Below, one piece after another: positions 9,639 to 18,462 of a stretch of 32,000 nucleotides of DNA; within the stretch, counting starts at the first letter, position 1, and the number at the start of each line of letters is the position of its first letter. This stretch comes from Puniceicoccales bacterium (lineage in GTDB: Bacteria; Verrucomicrobiota; Verrucomicrobiia; Opitutales; LL51): positions 30,001 to 62,000 of the forward strand of contig JAITBP010000006.1 of the NCBI GenBank assembly GCA_031283585.1, read 5' to 3'. Position numbers and translations under genes: made by a program. Below the pieces are notes generated by a model. The model saw only the letters and a list, made by a program, of their open reading frames with translations. It was not told where the DNA came from and did no database searches.

Positions 9639-9888
9639 CCGTGTTAGCCAGGGTGTTGGGGTAGAACCCAACTACTCCAAAACCAAAAAATCCCAGCCCT
9701 AAACTGAACTGAAAATAGGTCTATCGAAAGAAAACAGGTCAAATGTGTTCAAAAAACAATCGGAGCTAATGTCAGTTATGGATGGTCGTATTTACAACCA
9801 AATGGATTTTATTTTTGACGGAGTAATATACCTCTACAGGGTGTAAAATATTGACAATATTCAATAAATATAACAGAATACATATACA

Positions 9889-10632
9889 ATGAAGACGAGA
9901 TGGTTTGTCGTATTGGTTTGGTTTTTATCACTGGTTGTTTCTGCCAATGCGAATCCGTGGCGTGATTGGATATTACAACAAAGGAATGGTTACTGGGGCT
10001 ATAGGAATATTCTACCTAACGAAAAAGCCATCTATTCTAATCAATATCTAAAATTCAATTATTCGAAAACAGAAAACCTTCACTATTACATAGAGTTATG
10101 TAGATCAACATCGGATTTTTTTACAAGATTGGAATTATTTTTTCATGAAGTGGCCACATATAATAACCTGAACTTTCCACAAGAAATAAATAATGAACAT
10201 CTTCCAGTCGTATGGTTACCTTATTTGCTAGGTGGCTCTATCGGCGACTATTATCCTGATCGCCTAGCCGCAATACTGAAAGAAGCCTTAGTTATACTTT
10301 TTGATTTGCCGTTGAATGACATAGGTCATGCCATATCTGAATTTATCTGCAAACCAGTTATGTGGGCCATCTCACTGGCCTGCGAACATTCGGGCAAGGA
10401 TTTTACCGATGAGACTATAAAAATTCTTGAAGATACATATAATAAACTTGTAAACATTGGCTGTGATATGATAAATTTTGATCAAATCATAAAAAATAAA
10501 AGGACCGAGATGAGACAATTTCAGATGGGTATATCTCCTGAATACCCAAATGAAATCAATAAAATTTTTACAGACGTTGGGACCGATGCCATAAATAGCA
10601 ACACCCATTGGATGGGTTGCACCTTGCTCTAG
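9889..10632 (+). CDS. secreted hypothetical protein, paralog B of the same family
   Basis: Sec signal peptide 'MKTRWFVVLVWFLSLVVSANA|NPW'. It shares conserved blocks with 8709-9638 ('WLPYLLGGSIGDYYP', 'ILFDL', 'YNKLVNIG'). Confidence 0.7.
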   Translation: MKTRWFVVLVWFLSLVVSANANPWRDWILQQRNGYWGYRNILPNEKAIYSNQYLKFNYSKTENLHYYIELCRSTSDFFTRLELFFHEVATYNNLNFPQEINNEHLPVVWLPYLLGGSIGDYYPDRLAAILKEALVILFDLPLNDIGHAISEFICKPVMWAISLACEHSGKDFTDETIKILEDTYNKLVNIGCDMINFDQIIKNKRTEMRQFQMGISPEYPNEINKIFTDVGTDAINSNTHWMGCTLL

Positions 10633-10665
10633 GCCAATTACTTATGACGATGGTTATGGTATAAT

Positions 10666-11286
10666 CTAGGTCTCTTCAGGTTTTGGTTTGCTCTTTATCA
10701 CCTCATCGACAATGCCATAGTCTTTAGCTTCGGCGGCTACCATAAAGTAATCCCTATCAGAGTCCTTCTCAATTTTTTCCACCGGCTGACTCGTACACTC
10801 CGAGAGTACCATGTTCAGGGTCCTTTTCCAACGTAAAAGTTCCTTGGCGGCAATGGAAATATCCGATGTTTGACCACCGGCGCCACCCGAGGGTTGATGT
10901 ATCATAACCCTACTGTTAGGCAATGCGTAACGTTTACCTTTTGTGCCAGCAGCTAGCAATACGGTCGCCATGCTGGCCGCCTGGCCCACGCAGTAGGTAA
11001 CCACATCGCAATTCATAAATTTCATCGTATCGTAGATGGCCATGCCAGCGGTAATGCTACCACCAGGAGAGTTTATATAAAGGTGAATATCCTTTTTGGG
11101 ATCTTCCATCTGCAGAAACAAAAACTGCGCCACGATGGCATTGGCAACGAAGTCATCTATCGATGTCCCAAGAAAAATTATCCGGTCCTTTAACAGGCGA
11201 CTATATATATCCCAAGAGCGCTCTTGTCTGCCATCTCGTTCATAGACATAAGGTAATGGAAGATAATGTGCATTAAGTGTTTTCAT
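10666..11286 (-). CDS. clpP: ATP-dependent Clp protease proteolytic subunit
   Basis: 206 aa with '[14 protein letters not shown]', '[18 protein letters not shown]', the catalytic Ser in 'GQAASMA', the His in 'MIHQP' and the Asp in 'DRDYFM'. Confidence 0.96.
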   Translation of the reverse strand: MKTLNAHYLPLPYVYERDGRQERSWDIYSRLLKDRIIFLGTSIDDFVANAIVAQFLFLQMEDPKKDIHLYINSPGGSITAGMAIYDTMKFMNCDVVTYCVGQAASMATVLLAAGTKGKRYALPNSRVMIHQPSGGAGGQTSDISIAAKELLRWKRTLNMVLSECTSQPVEKIEKDSDRDYFMVAAEAKDYGIVDEVIKSKPKPEET

Positions 11287-11353
11287 AATTATTCGACTCT
11301 TTTTCTAAATGAAGTACTTTTTTCATGCATAAACGACCAAATTATCCCTGGCA

Positions 11354-12769
11354 TCATCGGCTACGCCTGGGCTTCTCCGCCTCTGCCTTTCCAGCGCCCA
11401 ACTCCTCCGACTCGTTATTTGAAGTTTCCTTTGAACCGGTTCCAGCCGGATCCTGGTGATGCTTTGTGTTTTCCATAATCAAGAAATCCAATGTTTTGCT
11501 AAATAATGCCCGCCTTTGCAAATCCTGAATCCTAATCCTATCATTTTTTATTTCATTTACCAGCTTCTCCGGTGTGGTGTGCAACATAGATGCTTCCTGC
11601 ATAATCATTTGGCTTAGTTCATCGGCGGACACGGTGATTTTTTCCTCAATGGCAATTCGCTCCAGGATAAAATTTATCTTGGCCCTATTTCGAGCAATAT
11701 CTTCGGTGTCTTTATACAGCACATCCTTGTGTTTTTCCAGCTCAGCCGGGGAAACCCCTTCCTGGACCTGTCGCTCCCAAAATGTCCTAAAAATTTGAAT
11801 CCGTTCATGCTCTACGGCGCTTTCTGGAACTTCAAAGTCCACACTATCAATCAATTTTCTTACCAATTGCTCTCTCTGTTCGAACCGGCCCATTTGTACC
11901 TTACGGGCCTTCAAATCATTAACAATTTGGGTCCGCAACTCTTCGATGGTCTTTGCTCTTAGTTTCTCAAATAACCTATCATCAAGCGCTGGCAGAACCT
12001 TTTCCCTTACCTCAAAAACATGAACATCATACCTAGCTGTCTTGCCAGCAAGAGCTTTTACGGAAAAATCTTCCGGAAATGTGGTTTCAATTTCCCTATC
12101 CTCATCGGCTTTCATACCAATGATACCGTCGATAATTGCTTTAACACCAGGTGAATCCTCAGCACCGGCCTCTTCCCAGGTACTTTTTTGCTTACCCCAA
12201 ATAGGCAGTACAGCATCCAGCTTAGAAATCTCCGAACCGTCAGTCAGTAGGCCGCGGTAGGATAGCCTCAAAAAATCACCTTTCCTGGCTTCGCGATCCA
12301 CGCTAATATAGTCAGCATTATGGTTTCTTATCTGCTCCAGGGCATTATCTATTTCATCATCGCTAACCTCAGCACTGATCGGTTCGAACTCTATGTTTTT
12401 ATAATCGATCAGTTTAAAATCTGGCTTAACATCTATGGTCATAACCAGCTCTTTCTCGCCACTTGCCTTATCGTTGGAATCAACCTTGACCACTGAAAAA
12501 ATCCGAACATTGTGCTCCTTGGTTACAAACTCCATGGCTCTGGAATATAATTGTCTGTCAAGCCTGGCCTTTACATCCTTTGAAAACTTTGCACGTACAA
12601 TAGCCTCTGGCACATGACCCTTTCTAAATCCAGGCATCTTAGCATCCCTCGAAATCGCCTTAATCAACAGGTTCTCTTCATTTTGCGCCTCATCTTTACT
12701 AATGGTCATGGTAAAAACCTTGCGCACACTGCCCACATCTTTTATTTCACTTTTCACCGTACCGAACAC
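11354..12769 (-). CDS. tig: trigger factor
   Basis: 471 aa with the ribosome-binding signature 'GFRKGHVP'. It sits immediately upstream of clpP, the conserved tig-clpP order. GTG start at 12769, with an alternative GTG at 12757. It carries a roughly 40-aa charged C-terminal extension. Confidence 0.92.
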   Translation of the reverse strand: MFGTVKSEIKDVGSVRKVFTMTISKDEAQNEENLLIKAISRDAKMPGFRKGHVPEAIVRAKFSKDVKARLDRQLYSRAMEFVTKEHNVRIFSVVKVDSNDKASGEKELVMTIDVKPDFKLIDYKNIEFEPISAEVSDDEIDNALEQIRNHNADYISVDREARKGDFLRLSYRGLLTDGSEISKLDAVLPIWGKQKSTWEEAGAEDSPGVKAIIDGIIGMKADEDREIETTFPEDFSVKALAGKTARYDVHVFEVREKVLPALDDRLFEKLRAKTIEELRTQIVNDLKARKVQMGRFEQREQLVRKLIDSVDFEVPESAVEHERIQIFRTFWERQVQEGVSPAELEKHKDVLYKDTEDIARNRAKINFILERIAIEEKITVSADELSQMIMQEASMLHTTPEKLVNEIKNDRIRIQDLQRRALFSKTLDFLIMENTKHHQDPAGTGSKETSNNESEELGAGKAEAEKPRRSR

Positions 12770-12865
12770 TAAATTTATGACTCAACTGAGGTCTAAGTAA
12801 CACGACATCACAGTCAATATTATAAAAAAACAAATTTATTCTCGCGAATCTATGGAGGAGGATTT

Positions 12866-14023
12866 TTGTACAAGTTGTTATATATGAAAAGCAAAGTAAT
12901 ACTCCTCGGGGCAACCGGCTCGATCGGAAGTAGCGTATTAGAAGAACTGAGGGAACACAGACAACACTTTGAACTGGTTGGGATTGCAGCCAAAACCAAT
13001 CTAAATAGGCTCGCCGAAATATCCGGTGAATTTTCCGTTAAAAATCTAGCTATCAGCGACGGTGAAAGTGAAAAACTGCATGAACTTTGTGCAGATTGCA
13101 GGGTATTTAGCGGTGAACAGGCCATGGATGAGCTTGTCTCTAACATCGATTTCGACATATTCATAATGGCTGTGAGCGGTCTAGCCGGCCTTAGAGCCAC
13201 ACTGAACGCTATCTCATTAAAAAAGAAGATACTAATTGCCAGCAAAGAAATACTTGTGACGGCAGGGAAGTTTCTATGTGCCCAGGCAAAAAAAAACAAC
13301 GTTGAACTCCTACCAATTGATAGCGAACACAATGCAATTTTTCAATGCCTTGCCGGTGAGGACAAAAAGTCCCTAAGACAGGTATGGCTAACTGCCTCCG
13401 GCGGCCCATTCCTGGATTACGATACCGATGCCTTGGATTATGTAACTCCACAACAAGCACTTAAACATCCGACCTGGCGTATGGGGCAAAAAATCACCAT
13501 AGATTCGGCAACGCTGGCAAACAAAGGATTGGAAATGATCGAAGCCCGGTGGTTGTTCGATCTAGCTCCACAGCAAATCAAAGTCACAATACACAGGCAA
13601 AGCCTGGTCCATTCCCTGGTGGAATTCCTGGATGGGTCAATTATTGCCCAAATTAGTGAAAAATCCATGAGATTTCCCATAAGAAATTGTCTTTTTTATC
13701 CCCATAGACAACCAAGCTCACAAAAGACCGTTTCGTTCTCCGATCCAATAAATTTCAGCTTTGAACCACCGGATGAAAAGAAATTTCCATGTCTTCGACT
13801 CGCGAAACTGTGTCTAGAGGCCGGCGGTATTATGCCAACGGTCTTCAATGCAGCCAACGATACAGCTGTCGAGTTGTTTTTGGAAGATAAAATAAAATTT
13901 ACCCGCATTCCAACACTTATAGAACAGCTGATGAATGGTACAGAAAACTTTGAACCAGAGTCCATTGATGAAATAATCACCTGCCATATGGCCATCAAAA
14001 AAATCGCACAAAATTTGGCATAA
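12866..14023 (+). CDS. dxr: 1-deoxy-D-xylulose 5-phosphate reductoisomerase
   Basis: 'ILLGATGSIGSS' NADPH-binding motif, 'IDSEHNAIFQCL' and 'HPTWRMGQKITIDSATLANKGLE'. TTG 12866 lies 4 nt after AGGAGG (12856-12861). The alternative ATG at 12884 would give 'MKSKVILLG'. Confidence 0.95.
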   Translation: MYKLLYMKSKVILLGATGSIGSSVLEELREHRQHFELVGIAAKTNLNRLAEISGEFSVKNLAISDGESEKLHELCADCRVFSGEQAMDELVSNIDFDIFIMAVSGLAGLRATLNAISLKKKILIASKEILVTAGKFLCAQAKKNNVELLPIDSEHNAIFQCLAGEDKKSLRQVWLTASGGPFLDYDTDALDYVTPQQALKHPTWRMGQKITIDSATLANKGLEMIEARWLFDLAPQQIKVTIHRQSLVHSLVEFLDGSIIAQISEKSMRFPIRNCLFYPHRQPSSQKTVSFSDPINFSFEPPDEKKFPCLRLAKLCLEAGGIMPTVFNAANDTAVELFLEDKIKFTRIPTLIEQLMNGTENFEPESIDEIITCHMAIKKIAQNLA

Positions 14024-14080
14024 TTTGATATTTTGTTACATTTTCTTGATTTAATTCATACTTTGCCTATAGTCTCACCC

Positions 14081-14497
14081 ATGGATGTCGTGGGAGTGGG
14101 ATTATTAGCAGTTATTACATCCGTTAGCGTAACAACTCTGCTTATAGGTAATGAAGAAAAAGTATTTGATATACATATATCGCCACTGTCGGGTAAAGCA
14201 ATTATGGATGCCATAGGCAAAGAGAAATTAGCTCGACCGTCGACCCATATGCTGCTCAGCAACGCAATAACAGTGCTTGGATACAAAATTTCATCCATTA
14301 TAATCCATTCTGCTAAAGATTCGGTTTTTTTCGCCAAAATGCGAATGACCGGTACCGTTGATAGTAAAAGACATCTGGATCTAGACTGTAGACCCAGTGA
14401 CGCCATCACACTATCTATAATCGACGATATACCACTTCTGGTTACTTCGAAACTCTTTAATCTCGTGGGCCAATCTCAAAACCTGGCATTGCTATAA
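14081..14497 (+). CDS. bifunctional nuclease (DUF151/BFN) domain protein
   Basis: 'ARPSTHMLLSNAITVLGYKI' and 'LDCRPSDAITLSIIDDIPLLV' match the two RP-containing DUF151 blocks (RPxTHDL ... RPSDAIALA). The ATG at 14081 fits family N-termini, while the ORF is open from TTG 14033. Confidence 0.72.
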   Translation: MDVVGVGLLAVITSVSVTTLLIGNEEKVFDIHISPLSGKAIMDAIGKEKLARPSTHMLLSNAITVLGYKISSIIIHSAKDSVFFAKMRMTGTVDSKRHLDLDCRPSDAITLSIIDDIPLLVTSKLFNLVGQSQNLALL

Positions 14498-14526
14498 AAG
14501 ATATAAAACGATCACCGAGATCATTT

Positions 14527-15195
14527 CTATTTTTTGGGTAATGCGGGCTGACTAATGCTTGTCTCGGCCTGAATCTTAGCTTTATTGATCACACCATTAA
14601 TGCCATTCATCATAAGCTGTATACCCAGGGCAAGCATAAATAAACCGGACAATTTGTAACTCAATTTTACAACAGTTGCTGGTAATTTACGTACACTTTT
14701 TACCGCCACAAGAAAGACCAAATACAGGCAATACACCGCACAGGTTACGGCCAATAAAAATACCATAAGTGACGCAACATTCTTAGATTGGCCATTCTCG
14801 GCTATGGAAAATGCAACCGCACCGGGCCCAGCTATTATGGGAATTCCCAGTGGGATTATACCTATCGCTGGGTTAGCCAGAGACTTATTTCCCGCGCCTT
14901 CGGCCACTTTTTCCATCGGATCCTTGCCCCGAAGCATTCCAAAGCCTACCATAATGAATATCAATCCACTAGATATGTTAAATGAGTTAATACCTATGCC
15001 CAACGCTCTAAAAATCCATTCACCGGTGGTGGCAAAAAATACCAAAACAGCCCAGCCCACCAAACAACTAATATACGCCGTCTTTACCTTTTCTCTTTCG
15101 ATATAATGCGGCGTCATACTTATATATAACACCACCGCCGCCAATGGGCCAATTTCCATAAAAACATCCTTGAATGACCTAACAAAAAAATTCAT
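14527..15195 (-). CDS. MarC-family (UPF0056) integral membrane protein
   Basis: 222 aa and multi-TM. 'GIIPLGIPIIAGPGAVAF' matches the MarC 'PLAIPLLAGPGAI' signature, and the C-terminal region 'KLSGLFMLALGIQLMMNGI' also fits. Confidence 0.8.
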   Translation of the reverse strand: MNFFVRSFKDVFMEIGPLAAVVLYISMTPHYIEREKVKTAYISCLVGWAVLVFFATTGEWIFRALGIGINSFNISSGLIFIMVGFGMLRGKDPMEKVAEGAGNKSLANPAIGIIPLGIPIIAGPGAVAFSIAENGQSKNVASLMVFLLAVTCAVYCLYLVFLVAVKSVRKLPATVVKLSYKLSGLFMLALGIQLMMNGINGVINKAKIQAETSISQPALPKK

Positions 15196-15375
15196 ATTAA
15201 ATTAATCCTAACACCGTCGATAACTTTATCTACTCAGAAAAGCAATCTAGATCACCCATGGCATGAGTCAAGAGAATTGTTATAAAAAATAGGAAAAATA
15301 TCTAGTAAAATCATATGTAAAAATTTATTTTTATTGCAAAATTTATTAATTATTTGTGGTTATATATGAAAACCT

Positions 15376-15452
15376 CGGGGCGTAGCTCAGTCTGGTAGAG
15401 CGCATGCTTTGGGAGCATGATGTCATCGGTTCGAACCCGGTCGCCCCGACCA
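15376..15452 (+). tRNA. tRNA-Pro(UGG): tRNA-Pro, anticodon UGG
   Basis: 77 nt, folded by hand. Acceptor stem CGGGGCG/CGCCCCG (C1:G72, as is typical of bacterial tRNA-Pro). D arm GCTC-AGTCTGGTA-GAGC. Anticodon arm CATGC-TTTGGGA-GCATG (TGG). T arm ATCGG-TTCGAAC-CCGGT. Discriminator A, with an encoded CCA. Confidence 0.93.
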
Positions 15453-15565
15453 AAAAAATTTGTTGAATATTGGATATTGGATTTAGTAAATTATATAATA
15501 GATTGGCTATCGAATAAAAGAATTGACCACTTTGATTTTTATGAAAATATTGTAAATGATCATTA

Positions 15566-16390
15566 ATGATGAGCAATAGATTGCCGATTAGCGCTGTTAT
15601 TATAGCTAGTAACGAAGAAAAGAACATATCTCGTTGTTTAGATAGCGTTCACAGCTGGGTGGAAGAGATCATTGTGGTCGTAAATGATTGTGTCGACAGA
15701 ACCGTCGAAATAGCCGAAAGTTATGGCGCAAAGGTAATAGAACATCCCTGGCAAAACTTCCGGGACCAAAGGAATTTCGCCAAGCAACTGGCCACCAAGG
15801 ATTGGATCCTATCCATCGATGCCGATGAGGCTGTATCAGAAGAACTTAGGTCATCTATACTGATGTTCGTCGCAGACAATGACAAACGATACAATGGCGC
15901 TGAATTTAAAAGAATTGTATTTTTTTTGAATAAATGGATACACCATGGTGACTGGTACCCCGACCACTGCAGGAGACTTTTCAGAAAAGATTACGGCTAC
16001 TGGGCTGGTGGGCTCGTCCACGAACAATTAAAGATAGATGGCAAGGTCAAGTTGTTGAATGGTAACCTGTTACATTATACCTACGATTCCACCAGGAAGC
16101 ATATCGAGATGATGCTGAAATACACAGACCTGTTTGTGGAAGACCATAAACTAGATAAAGTTGACATTTGGTCCATAGTGGCCCATGCGCTGTGGAAAGT
16201 TTTTCGATGCTATGTGATAAAATTAGGATTTTTGGACGGATTTCATGGCATGTACATAGCCATATCCCAGGGATTTTTCACATTATATAAATACACACGC
16301 CTGCTCGAATATCAAAGCGCCCAGGCAAAAAAGCAAGCCTCCAAATTAAAATCCAAAGCAGAAAAAGCAGAAAAAGCACAAGATGAATAG
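15566..16390 (+). CDS. family 2 glycosyltransferase, WaaE/KdtX-like (LPS core type)
   Basis: 'ISAVIIASNEEKNISRCLDSV', 'EIIVVVNDCVDRT', 'SIDADEAVSEEL', 'GDWYPD' and 'GFLDGFHG' follow the WaaE/KdtX-type GT2 pattern. Lys-rich C-terminal tail. Confidence 0.87.
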   Translation: MMSNRLPISAVIIASNEEKNISRCLDSVHSWVEEIIVVVNDCVDRTVEIAESYGAKVIEHPWQNFRDQRNFAKQLATKDWILSIDADEAVSEELRSSILMFVADNDKRYNGAEFKRIVFFLNKWIHHGDWYPDHCRRLFRKDYGYWAGGLVHEQLKIDGKVKLLNGNLLHYTYDSTRKHIEMMLKYTDLFVEDHKLDKVDIWSIVAHALWKVFRCYVIKLGFLDGFHGMYIAISQGFFTLYKYTRLLEYQSAQAKKQASKLKSKAEKAEKAQDE

Positions 16391-16412
16391 TAATAGCTTG
16401 GACTATAACAGG

Positions 16413-17687
16413 TTATGGCTCTATAAAGTAGGATTGTATCGGCGGAAATCCATTAAATCCAATGGATGAATAGCTGGATGTGTAGGCCCCGGCGGTTAAC
16501 CAGTAAATCCTATCACCCACGTCTATGTGTCTGGGTAATGGGTTTCTAAATGTTTCATACATAATATCTTGGCTATCACAGGTTGGACCGGCAATTATAA
16601 AGTCTTCAACCAGCCGACCAGCACTTTCACAAAACAGCGGATACTTGATACTCTCCTCCATTGTCTCCATAAGGCCGTTGAACTTACCTGCGTCCGTATA
16701 TAGCCAGGTATCCACGCCAAAGGAAGATTTTTTTGAAATCAACACAACCTCGGTGACCAAAATGCCGGCGTCGGCAACAAGGGAACGCCCTGGCTCCAAT
16801 ATTATATGTGGTAAATTTTCACCAAAATCCTCTGTAAGATAACGTGTTACCTCGCTTGCATAGGTGGACATTTCCGGTGTCCTAGAAATATAGGAGGCCG
16901 GAAACCCGCCGCCCATATTTATCAGCGAAAGCGGGATTTTTTCGCTCTCCAAATAATCAAATATATATTTAACGCGGCTTATCGATGAATCCCATGCGCC
17001 TATTTCCCTTTGCTGGGATCCGACGTGAAACGAAACCCCTTTGGGTTTTAACCCTAGTTTATCCGCCAGCATAAGCAAATCTATGGCCATATCCGAATGG
17101 CAACCAAATTTTTTTGACAGTGGCCAGTCGGCGGTGGAGCTGTGTTCTGCAAGAATTCTCAAAAAAATGTCCGAACCGGGAGCCACGGCGGCGAGATTTC
17201 TTATGTCGATTTCACTGTCCGAAGCAAAAAGACGTATGCCTTTGTCATAGGCGTACTTAACATGCACCTTCTTTTTTATAGTATTACCATAGCTTATTCT
17301 ATCCGGCGAAACCCCAATGGACAGCAGGCTATCAAGTTCATTTATCGAAGCCACATCAAAATTTGCTCCCAGATCACGTAACAATTCCAAAACCGGCAAA
17401 CTTGGATTTGCCTTAACAGCATAATGAACAACTGCATAGGGAAACAACTCCTTTAGCTGCTGATACCTTTTACGTATTATTCCGAGATTTATCAGCAAGA
17501 ACGGCGTCTCATGTTTTTCAGCCTCTGCAATCATGGCGCACCAATCTGTCTCGGTATAGTATTCCAGCGGGTCAAGCCTCGTATTCATTACACCGTTGTC
17601 AAAAATTAATCTTGGCATTATATCAACGAAAAAATGATAGCCAAGAGCAATTTTACGACCACAGGTCCTCAAATACGGATCCACCAT
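16413..17687 (-). CDS. type III PLP-dependent ornithine/lysine decarboxylase (eukaryote-type ODC fold)
   Basis: 'HYAVKANP' (PLP lysine), 'FDVASINEL', 'VSFHVGSQ', 'GGGFPASY' and 'GPTCDSQD' (ODC-type rather than DAP-decarboxylase-type). The start is uncertain. ATG 17687 overlaps the upstream ORF by 35 nt, and ATG 17618 or 17588 are alternatives. Confidence 0.87.
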   Translation of the reverse strand: MVDPYLRTCGRKIALGYHFFVDIMPRLIFDNGVMNTRLDPLEYYTETDWCAMIAEAEKHETPFLLINLGIIRKRYQQLKELFPYAVVHYAVKANPSLPVLELLRDLGANFDVASINELDSLLSIGVSPDRISYGNTIKKKVHVKYAYDKGIRLFASDSEIDIRNLAAVAPGSDIFLRILAEHSSTADWPLSKKFGCHSDMAIDLLMLADKLGLKPKGVSFHVGSQQREIGAWDSSISRVKYIFDYLESEKIPLSLINMGGGFPASYISRTPEMSTYASEVTRYLTEDFGENLPHIILEPGRSLVADAGILVTEVVLISKKSSFGVDTWLYTDAGKFNGLMETMEESIKYPLFCESAGRLVEDFIIAGPTCDSQDIMYETFRNPLPRHIDVGDRIYWLTAGAYTSSYSSIGFNGFPPIQSYFIEP

Positions 17688-18117
17688 TTGTTATTGGTGG
17701 CAGCTCTACTTCTGTATCAAACTTATTATCAATAACTTCCGGCACTCCAATGAGACATAACCGTATTTTTTTATTGGGCTGCATTTTTTCGAAAATATCA
17801 TGAAGCGGGTTGTCTTTATTCATGGCACTGACCGGCATAAATACATAAAAATCATCGGTATTAATCGGTATAACCTCATAAATAACCCTATTAATTGACT
17901 CAACAAAACGTATTATATTTTTGTCACAGCAGAGATGCTCACAGAAAATTTTCAGCACCGCATCCAAATTTACTTCACGGATTCCATCCAATACTATAAC
18001 AATTTTTTCAAATCCTCTGAAGTTTATTAACTGTTTGAGCTTGACTATGTTATAACCATTCTGTTGAGTCAAATCGTCACAGTAAAATTCGTTTAATAGT
18101 AACACCAGTGTGTTCAT
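17653..18117 (-). CDS. hypothetical protein (ORFan, alpha/beta-like)
   Basis: 154-aa ORF on the same strand as, and abutting or overlapping, the decarboxylase gene. No motif recognised. Low GC in hand-counted samples. Treated as coding only on the basis of length, strand context and the absence of a competing ORF. Confidence 0.5.
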   Translation of the reverse strand: MNTLVLLLNEFYCDDLTQQNGYNIVKLKQLINFRGFEKIVIVLDGIREVNLDAVLKIFCEHLCCDKNIIRFVESINRVIYEVIPINTDDFYVFMPVSAMNKDNPLHDIFEKMQPNKKIRLCLIGVPEVIDNKFDTEVELPPITNGGSVFEDLWS

Positions 18118-18245
18118 GGTTTTATTTTTTAGATTTCATGAGCACAGCATGTTTTCTGTAAAAATTCAATAGAAATCTGATTATTATATAAAAAAATTGT
18201 AATAAGCACTTTATTCTTGATTTTTATGTTCGAAATTTTCTATCT

Positions 18246-18458
18246 ATGAAACCCGTGCTTATGGAAAATACAAATGCAAAAGTGGCTGACCAAAAGTCGC
18301 CTTTAGATGTCGATTGGAGTGATGTGGAACAGTTGGCCAGATATGTTACCGGTACTGGCCGGATTCTGCCACGAAAATATACAGGTCTGTCGGCCAGGCA
18401 ACAAAGACATATAACTCGTATGATAAAGAGGGCTCGTAACATGCTATTAATGAAATAG
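18246..18458 (+). CDS. rpsR: 30S ribosomal protein S18
   Basis: 70 aa. 'LARYVTGTGRILPRKYTGLSARQQRHITRMIKRARNMLLM' is the canonical S18 core. Confidence 0.92.
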   Translation: MKPVLMENTNAKVADQKSPLDVDWSDVEQLARYVTGTGRILPRKYTGLSARQQRHITRMIKRARNMLLMK

Positions 18459-18462
18459 ATAA

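Noticed and set aside
9655-9672. Hairpin GTTGGG-gtagaa-CCCAAC just after paralog A
   Set aside because: It has only a 6-bp stem and is followed by an A/C-rich rather than a T-rich tract, so it is not a convincing intrinsic terminator.
9769-9846. 25-codon ORF (MSVMDGRIYNQMDFIFDGVIYLYRV) preceded by GGAG in the intergenic region between the two paralogs
   Set aside because: It is very short, the SD spacing is only 3 nt, and nothing can be checked without comparative or ribosome-profiling data.
12850-13332. 160-aa minus-strand ORF overlapping dxr
   Set aside because: It is antisense to a strongly supported dxr, has no recognisable motifs, and has shadow-ORF composition.
15346-15627. 93-aa minus-strand ORF
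   Set aside because: It runs straight across the tRNA-Pro gene on the opposite strand ('VGATGFEPMTS' is the reverse translation of the T-arm and acceptor region) and into the GT2 gene start, so it is spurious.
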